From IMG/VR virus record IMGVR_UViG_3300014720_002669: 64,000 nucleotides of DNA. The stretch is one strand, 5' to 3'. How positions within the stretch are numbered: the first letter of the stretch is position 1; the number at the start of each line of letters is the position of its first letter. Below the pieces are notes generated by a model that searched no databases, was not told the origin of the DNA, and saw only the letters and a list, made by a program, of their open reading frames with translations. Source of the stretch: a virus. Below, piece after piece: positions 58,074 through 64,000 of the stretch. Position numbers and translations under genes: made by a program.

Positions 58074-58081
58074 CTAATAAT

Positions 58082-59014
58082 ATGACAATCACAAGCCAAG
58101 ACAATTTTAAACACAAAATCCACAACAATAAAATGATTGAGCCTAGAGACTGGATGCCCGATCAGTATCGGCGTACTCTAATTAGACAAATAAGTCAACA
58201 TGCACACAGTGAGGTTGTGGGCATGTTGCCCGAAGGAGACTGGATAGCACGGGCACCCAGTCTAAAACGCAAAGAAGTGTTGTTGGCCAAGGTACAGGAT
58301 GAAGGCGGACACGGTCTGTATCTTTATTCAGCCGCAGAAACTCTGGGTGCCAGCAGAGATAGTTTGATTCAAGATCTTCATGCAGGCCTGGCCAAGTACT
58401 CAAGTATATTCAACTATCCTACCCTTACCTGGGCAGACGTGGGTGTGATAGGTTGGTTGGTGGATGGTGCTGCCATCATGAATCAAATACCCTTGTGCCG
58501 TTGCAGTTATGGACCTTATGCTAGAGCCATGATTCGCATTTGCAAGGAAGAAAGTTTTCATCAACGTCAAGGCTATGACTTGTTGCTGACCATGATGACA
58601 GGCACTGACGAACAACGTGACATGGTACAAGATGCTGTGGACCGTTGGTGGTGGAAAACTCTAACCATGTTTGGTCCACCTGATGCAGAGAGCACCAACA
58701 GTGAACAAGGCATGGCCTGGGGCATCAAACGTCATACCAACGATGACTTACGACAAAAGTTTGTAGATGCCACTGTGCCGCAGGCTGATTATCTTGGTGT
58801 CAAATTACCAGATCCAGATCTCAAATGGAATGACACTCGTAATCACTATGATTTTGGTGAAATAGACTGGGCAGAATTTTGGCAAAATGTCAACGGCAAC
58901 GGCCCTTGCAATGTTGAACGCCTTGAGGCTCGCAGCCAAGCCTATGAATCAGGTGCATGGGTGCGTGACGCAGCCATGGCCTATGCTGAAAAACAAAAAG
59001 AAAAACAACAATAA
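58082..59014 (+). CDS. paaA: phenylacetyl-CoA 1,2-epoxidase catalytic subunit
   Basis: [55 protein letters not shown]. Confidence 0.95.
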   Translation: MTITSQDNFKHKIHNNKMIEPRDWMPDQYRRTLIRQISQHAHSEVVGMLPEGDWIARAPSLKRKEVLLAKVQDEGGHGLYLYSAAETLGASRDSLIQDLHAGLAKYSSIFNYPTLTWADVGVIGWLVDGAAIMNQIPLCRCSYGPYARAMIRICKEESFHQRQGYDLLLTMMTGTDEQRDMVQDAVDRWWWKTLTMFGPPDAESTNSEQGMAWGIKRHTNDDLRQKFVDATVPQADYLGVKLPDPDLKWNDTRNHYDFGEIDWAEFWQNVNGNGPCNVERLEARSQAYESGAWVRDAAMAYAEKQKEKQQ

Positions 59015-59805
59015 TGAAATATCTAGCATTGATTTTTTTATTTGTGGCCACCACAGTGTTGGCTAGAGAACCCAGTGTTTACGTGTACAACGAAACCACG
59101 GACCGGATTGAACACCAACGCAACTCAACAGAGTTTCGCAGCATTGCCAGCATCACCAAGCTGATGACTGCCATGGTGGCCCTGGATCACAGCAAGGACC
59201 TGTTTCGTCGACTGCCACTCAACACCACTGTCCGAAGCAATCTGCCACGTGGTCAATACACACGTCAAGAACTTTTTGATGCCATGCTGGTACGATCGGA
59301 CAACGCAGCCGCAGAAACTCTAGCCGCGGACTACCCTGGTGGTAGGAAAGAGTTCATATGGAAGATGAACCAACAGGCCCGAGAGTGGGGTATCAATGCT
59401 GTGTTTCGTGATCCCACTGGCCTGCATCCGGGCAACATGGCCACTGCTGGCGATGTGGGCCACCTGGCTGTGTATGCCGCTGGCTACTGGGTCATACGTG
59501 ATGCCAGTGTGAAAAAGACCGTGGCCTTTGAACGCAAATTCAAAAAGAAACTACGCAAAATACAACTCAACAACACCAACCGACCGCTGTTGATGGAGTT
59601 TGATGAGATCATTGCGTCAAAAACTGGATTTACCAACTCAGCCAGATATTGTGTCGCACTTGTGGTAGAGCATGAAAAACAACGGCGAGTGATTGTGGTG
59701 TTGGGAGAGCGCAACAAAAGCCGTAGAATGGACACAGTGCAAGACATCATGTACAATCATGTGCTGGATCAAAATTTGCAGGACCCTGGGTACATCAATA
59801 ACTAA
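59014..59805 (+). CDS. peptidase S11 D-Ala-D-Ala endo/carboxypeptidase (PBP7-like)
   Basis: Signal peptide; SITK (SxxK), SDN (SxN), KTG. Confidence 0.92.
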   Translation: MKYLALIFLFVATTVLAREPSVYVYNETTDRIEHQRNSTEFRSIASITKLMTAMVALDHSKDLFRRLPLNTTVRSNLPRGQYTRQELFDAMLVRSDNAAAETLAADYPGGRKEFIWKMNQQAREWGINAVFRDPTGLHPGNMATAGDVGHLAVYAAGYWVIRDASVKKTVAFERKFKKKLRKIQLNNTNRPLLMEFDEIIASKTGFTNSARYCVALVVEHEKQRRVIVVLGERNKSRRMDTVQDIMYNHVLDQNLQDPGYINN

Positions 59806-59807
59806 AG

Positions 59808-60047
59808 TTGATGCAACTGCAACAACCCCATGACACCATACGTCTCGGCGAAAGTTTCAACCACGCACGGGAGATTGCCAGACCTTTTGGTCAAATTGAT
59901 CGAATCATAGAGTGGTGCAAAACTGAACTTGTGGGCGACTGGCGTTGGCAGGTGATTACTACCAGCAGTGACCGCGCCCCGGGACGCTATATTTTCTACT
60001 TTGACTCAGACCGAGACGCTGCCGCGTTTGCACTGTTCTGGTCCTAA
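59808..60047 (+). CDS. hypothetical protein (same C-terminal family)
   Basis: IEWC..FYFDSDRDAAAFALFWS. Confidence 0.65.
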   Translation: MMQLQQPHDTIRLGESFNHAREIARPFGQIDRIIEWCKTELVGDWRWQVITTSSDRAPGRYIFYFDSDRDAAAFALFWS

Positions 60048-60060
60048 TACTTTTTACTAC

Positions 60061-60089
60061 TTGACGTGATATTCCTGATCTGCTATACT
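60061..60089 (+). promoter_or_regulatory. sigma70 promoter
   Basis: TTGACG-N17-TATACT. Confidence 0.7.
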
Positions 60090-60116
60090 ACGGGTATTGT
60101 ATTGCAAAGGATTGAC

Positions 60117-60353
60117 ATGAATGACTGGGATCGTAGCAACCTGCATTTTATTCTGGATAGTGATGAGGCCACGTTAGAGGACTTTTATTCCTGGGCCACC
60201 GAAGATGACTTGGCCTATGCATTGAGTCTGGTGCGGCAAGCCAAGACAGAATTGCTGTTACAAGAAGCAGGAATCTTGGATGAACTGTTGACCGCGGCCA
60301 CAGCGGATGATGTATCAGAAGCCAACACCATGCTAAAACAATTTCAACTATGA
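60117..60353 (+). CDS. hypothetical protein
   Basis: AAGGA RBS. Confidence 0.7.
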   Translation: MNDWDRSNLHFILDSDEATLEDFYSWATEDDLAYALSLVRQAKTELLLQEAGILDELLTAATADDVSEANTMLKQFQL

Positions 60354-60355
60354 AT

Positions 60356-60580
60356 CATCGGGTGTTGATCACCTAAAAGAACCCGCTGGGGTAACGCCTG
60401 GCTAGTATGACCCGTACGAAGGAGAAGTGAGTTCGTGACTCAAGGGTGGTACCACTCCTACCGAAGTGGCGCTGGCAATGCGAGAACGGACCCTGTCGTG
60501 AAGCGGGTGGAAGGTGTGTGAGATTTGCGGGGCAACCCAAGAGATGATACACTAAATTACCGCCGGGGGTCGCAGAGCAT
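60356..60580 (+). ncRNA. candidate structured RNA 3
   Basis: About 225-nt G-rich intergenic stretch; TGAGT/ACTCA, GGAG/CTCC, GGG-GCAA-CCC, GACCC/GGGTC, long-range ACCCGCT/AGCGGGT. Confidence 0.55.
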
Positions 60581-60585
60581 CATGG

Positions 60586-60614
60586 TTGACAATTAAGTTT
60601 GTTGGCTATATACT
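60586..60614 (+). promoter_or_regulatory. sigma70 promoter
   Basis: TTGACA-N17-TATACT. Confidence 0.75.
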
Positions 60615-60667
60615 GCAAGTGTTCATTAACCAATCTGGCATTGTGTCCAGTAAAGAAGGAGAAAGAA

Positions 60668-61717
60668 ATGGCTGCAAAACGCCTGGTTCGTAAATTCACA
60701 GAAGTGGTTGCCGAAGTTGAACGCCAACTCAAAGCTCACTACAATGTAACTCAAAAAGAACTTGATGCATGGCGTGCCCGTGCTCAAGCATCTGAACATC
60801 TATTTCCCCACAGCACCATGATTGCCATTGAGGACTTGTGGATTGATTATGAGGTGCAACGCGATGTTATACATAAGCACGTGATCAATATCATGCGCAA
60901 ATGGGATGCTCGTATCTGCTCACCAGGCAGTGCATGCCGCATCAATGGCTCCAACATCTATTTGTATGATGCACAACACCGTACCTTGGCCGCAGCCTTG
61001 TTGGGATTTACAGAAATTCCCTGCGCAGTGGTCGAAACAGATGATCCCAACTTTGCCAGCTATGCATTTGAAATGCTCAATGACACTGGTGTCAAACGTC
61101 TGACACCCGGGGACCTGCACCGCAACGCCTTGGTGCGTTACAAAAATGGCAGCCGTGACATCAAGGTGGTTCGTGCCAAAACCATGCAAGATCAATTTGA
61201 TTCAGCAGGCATTGACTTGCAAGACAAAGGATCACGTGCGTCTGACAATCTGCGTGGTGACAATGACTACTACTTCAGTCACTTCAAATATGCACAAAAG
61301 GGCATTGAAATAGATGACTCGGGTAAAATCTTGTTGAACATACTGTCAGCTATCAAAGATACATTTCCCATGCAAGAAGAAATTGATCAAGGTGTGTACA
61401 TTGGATTGTACGAACTGCATCGTATTTCTGGAACCAGCGCCAACACTAAGCTACCCGCAGGTTGGATGAAGTTTGTGCTGGAAGCCATAAAGCCTACATT
61501 CAAGAGTTCTAGTTTGATACATGCCAAAGGCAAAGTGCAATGGGAACATGTTAACCCAGGTTCCACTTGGAGTGCGCCCAGTGCCATGGCTAACTTTTTA
61601 CGTGAGTTATATCTGCGCAACGGTGGCACAATAAACTTGCCTTATCACGGTGAAGGTGCTAAAATGGGCATTGAAGCTGGAAATATTGCCCCTGGTCTTT
61701 TCCCCGAGGAGAAATAG
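60668..61717 (+). CDS. ParB/Srx-like domain protein
   Basis: IDYEVQRD..YLYDAQHR..IPCAV; AAGGAG RBS. Confidence 0.7.
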   Translation: MAAKRLVRKFTEVVAEVERQLKAHYNVTQKELDAWRARAQASEHLFPHSTMIAIEDLWIDYEVQRDVIHKHVINIMRKWDARICSPGSACRINGSNIYLYDAQHRTLAAALLGFTEIPCAVVETDDPNFASYAFEMLNDTGVKRLTPGDLHRNALVRYKNGSRDIKVVRAKTMQDQFDSAGIDLQDKGSRASDNLRGDNDYYFSHFKYAQKGIEIDDSGKILLNILSAIKDTFPMQEEIDQGVYIGLYELHRISGTSANTKLPAGWMKFVLEAIKPTFKSSSLIHAKGKVQWEHVNPGSTWSAPSAMANFLRELYLRNGGTINLPYHGEGAKMGIEAGNIAPGLFPEEK

Positions 61718-61718
61718 C

Positions 61719-62183
61719 ATGAATAATGCATTGACCCATACAATTTTTGGCAATGAGCTTTCAAAAATGATGTCTCTTGACAATGCTATTAATCTCTTGC
61801 TTTCTATGAATTTAATAAATGTAGGAGAATTAGCTGAGCAGGCAATCAGTAAAAAATCAGGTGTTGCAATGTGCGGTAAAAATACTGCCAATATTGATTT
61901 GGTGTCGGGGGTACAGATCAAATATTCTACTGTAAAAATGCCTGCAAGTTCAGACAGGTATTTGGCATACATCTCTATCAACACCACAGCCCCTATACTG
62001 TGCGTGATCAATAATCCTGTGCTCAATACGCAGTATTTCCTTCATATTCCTTATCGTGCCTTTGGGCATCTCAGTGGAAATTGCATTGCTATTTCTTTTG
62101 GGGTAGATGGACATCCAGGATCAAGCCAATGGTGGAATTACCAAGTAGATACTTTTGAAGAATTGTGTGAGCTGGCAAAATGA
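61719..62183 (+). CDS. hypothetical protein, possible PD-(D/E)XK nuclease
   Basis: GELAE..IDLVSGVQIKY. Confidence 0.5.
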   Translation: MNNALTHTIFGNELSKMMSLDNAINLLLSMNLINVGELAEQAISKKSGVAMCGKNTANIDLVSGVQIKYSTVKMPASSDRYLAYISINTTAPILCVINNPVLNTQYFLHIPYRAFGHLSGNCIAISFGVDGHPGSSQWWNYQVDTFEELCELAK

Positions 62184-62758
62184 ATTTACAAGAAGCACTT
62201 GAACAATTCACTGCACCTGTGTATGGTAAGACCCGACGCACCGCGGAAACATACCAAACTGTGGCTAGCTACTGTACCCGCAACTTGACTCGTCTTGTGG
62301 CAGAATACAACGCTATTCAAAATGATCAACAACTCATGCGTGAAATACGCAATGACATTGACACTTATCTGCGCCGCTATCACGAATACTGTATCAAACA
62401 ACGTGATGGCATGCTGGCACACTATCACGAAATTGGTGCGGACGAGGAGTGTGACTTTGAACATTTGATTCCAGCGGCAAGAATCCGAGATTTGTTGTTG
62501 TCCAGAACTATCACAGTTGAGCAGGCATTGAATGCACCCACAGTGAGATTGAGCAGAATCAAACACGAATTGCTCAAGGATGCTGGTTGGGCAGCCACCA
62601 CACCCAACATGTGGTTGCCGTTCCTGAGATACACTCAGGTGTTTGTCACTGAATTTGAAACGCACGATGGCACTGCAATTGATCCTGAGAATTGGACTTT
62701 GCAAAATCATTACAACTATTTTGATCATTTGGTTATTGACCTAAAGGAATCCGCATGA
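62180..62758 (+). CDS. hypothetical protein with HNH-like EHxxP motif
   Basis: CDFEHLIP..PFLRY. Confidence 0.5.
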   Translation: MNLQEALEQFTAPVYGKTRRTAETYQTVASYCTRNLTRLVAEYNAIQNDQQLMREIRNDIDTYLRRYHEYCIKQRDGMLAHYHEIGADEECDFEHLIPAARIRDLLLSRTITVEQALNAPTVRLSRIKHELLKDAGWAATTPNMWLPFLRYTQVFVTEFETHDGTAIDPENWTLQNHYNYFDHLVIDLKESA

Positions 62759-63009
62759 CAATGTTGCATCTCAATGCCAGGCCCTGGACTATGTTTGACC
62801 CCAATAACTCAGACCATAGACGCTACTACTATGATTTTGTTGCAACAGGTACTTGGGGTCGATGCCCGGTGCGGTTTGTAGTGCCAGATGCACAAGGTGA
62901 TTTGATTTCCATGATTCAACGCAGTCTGATCCGATGGTATGTGACACATGAGTTTGCCCCACGAAAAAAACGACGACGTAACGGTGACGAGCATGAGGTA
63001 ACACTCTAG
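62755..63009 (+). CDS. hypothetical protein
   Basis: FDP.N.DHR..WG.CP.RF. Confidence 0.7.
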   Translation: MTMLHLNARPWTMFDPNNSDHRRYYYDFVATGTWGRCPVRFVVPDAQGDLISMIQRSLIRWYVTHEFAPRKKRRRNGDEHEVTL

Positions 63010-63077
63010 CATTACTTTTTTAAGCCCTGCCCTGCGCAGGGTTATTCTAGACCAATAAAGGTCAAAAATGCTATAAT
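62998..63077 (+). promoter_or_regulatory. cassette: palindrome, CCCTGC/GCAGGG hairpin and promoter
   Basis: GTAACAC-N4-GCATTAC; GCCCTGC-N5-GCAGGGT; TAGACC-N18-TATAAT. Confidence 0.75.
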
Positions 63078-63107
63078 ATAGACATATTGTAACAAAAGGA
63101 GTGAGAA

Positions 63108-63581
63108 ATGGGAACACGCAGTCGAATTGGTGTCATGCATGGTGACAAAGTCAAATCAGTGTATTGCCACTGGGACGGGTATCTTTCGCACAATGGTCGC
63201 ATCCTGCAAGAGTACTATGACTCAGCCCGGGCTAACGAGCTGGTAGCTTTAGGCGATCTTTCCAGCCTAGCACCTTCAATTGGTGAAAAACATGCATTCA
63301 GTCAGCATGATGTGCCTGCAGAAGAAGTAGAAGAATACAAGGCCAAAACTCAAGACTGGTGCACATTCTACGGACGCGACCGTGGCGAAACCGGCACTGA
63401 GTTTAAGGTGGCGCAGACCTTTGCGGATTTCTTGGCACAGAGCGAAGGTTGTGGTGCTGAGTTCTACTATATCATGCGGGATGGTGTGTGGTATTGTGGC
63501 GACACTTACGATCACAGCCCCATAAGCAAAAAGTTAACAGTTTTGGCCGACGCATTGGCCGCAGAATCGGTTGACCAATAA
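63108..63581 (+). CDS. conserved hypothetical phage early protein
   Basis: MGTRSRI..VYCHWDGY..GDLSSL..YGRDRGE. Confidence 0.85.
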   Translation: MGTRSRIGVMHGDKVKSVYCHWDGYLSHNGRILQEYYDSARANELVALGDLSSLAPSIGEKHAFSQHDVPAEEVEEYKAKTQDWCTFYGRDRGETGTEFKVAQTFADFLAQSEGCGAEFYYIMRDGVWYCGDTYDHSPISKKLTVLADALAAESVDQ

Positions 63582-63599
63582 TTCGCCAAATGCTATAAT
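63571..63599 (+). promoter_or_regulatory. sigma70 promoter
   Basis: TTGACC-N17-TATAAT. Confidence 0.85.
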
Positions 63600-63630
63600 A
63601 ATCACATACAAAGCAAAAAGGAGTTCGCAA

Positions 63631-63840
63631 ATGGGTTTTGAACAAGTGGTATTGGACAAGGTTGCAAAAGTGCTGAAAGATAGCAATGCCGCCTGTTTCT
63701 TCTACGGTACGCTGAGTGTGACTTGCACAGAAGCAGAAGCTCGCCGAGTTTTCCACAAGTTATCCAAGGACTACGGCGTGGGCAAAGTCCAGATCAGCAA
63801 GGACGGATCCTACGGTTATAACTTTGATTTTGTTGCATAA
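63631..63840 (+). CDS. hypothetical early protein
   Basis: AAGGAG RBS. Confidence 0.75.
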   Translation: MGFEQVVLDKVAKVLKDSNAACFFYGTLSVTCTEAEARRVFHKLSKDYGVGKVQISKDGSYGYNFDFVA

Positions 63841-63845
63841 AACAG

Positions 63846-63874
63846 TTGACCATTTTTCCCATTTCGGGTATAAT
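63846..63874 (+). promoter_or_regulatory. sigma70 promoter
   Basis: TTGACC-N17-TATAAT. Confidence 0.85.
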
Positions 63875-63904
63875 AGTGGCATAGCGAAACAAAAGGAGCC
63901 TGCA

Positions 63905-64000
63905 ATGAACGACACACAAGAGATCTATTACGGCATGTTTACAGATGCAGGCAATCAGGCTGTGCATGAGATTGTGAAACATGCCCGTGAAAATCAACTG
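63905..64000 (+). CDS. hypothetical protein, 3'-truncated by the window edge
   Basis: AAGGAG RBS; YGMFTDAGNQAV. Confidence 0.65.
   Translation, partial: MNDTQEIYYGMFTDAGNQAVHEIVKHARENQL

Noticed and set aside
1-64000. tRNA, tmRNA or rRNA genes and stop-codon reassignment
   Set aside because: No convincing T-loop/cloverleaf or rRNA signatures were seen by eye, and conserved genes are full length in the standard code. tRNAscan-SE or ARAGORN would confirm.
1-64000. Bacterial chromosome rather than phage
   Set aside because: Host-like genes are isolated from their usual operons (pstS without pstCAB, paaA alone, iscU/A without iscS) and are interleaved with PAAR, tailspike, a homing endonuclease and many phage-type small ORFs.

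Overview
This 64-kb window looks like part of a large tailed-phage genome (T4-like or 'huge phage' type). Genes are densely packed in the standard genetic code, with PAAR and tailspike genes, nrdAB/glutaredoxin, an ATP-dependent ligase, a PHP-less DnaE, many sigma70-type TTGACC-N17-TATAAT promoters and many T4-late-like TAAATA motifs. Host-derived genes (iscU/iscA, clpX/clpP/clpS, dnaK, hsp20, rpsU, pstS, OprO/P porin, paaA, PBP7-like, phasin-like) suggest an aquatic proteobacterial host, probably betaproteobacterial (inference). The strongest novel signal is an apparent phage-encoded phosphate-starvation module: plcP-like phospholipase C plus agt-like glycosyltransferase (membrane lipid remodelling), and pstS plus a phosphate porin. 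Each operon has a Pho box exactly 11 nt upstream of a TAAATA motif, and a UDP-glucose dehydrogenase lies nearby. Other highlights: a PRMT-like methyltransferase between nrdA and nrdB, three unexplained highly structured intergenic RNAs, a GIY-YIG endonuclease that duplicated and recoded the 3' end of its target gene, an ArfA-like small protein missed by the ORF track, three ROSE-like leaders with shared architecture, and repeated operator/hairpin/promoter cassettes. I found no tRNA, rRNA or CRISPR array. All family assignments come from motif recognition by eye, not database searches.
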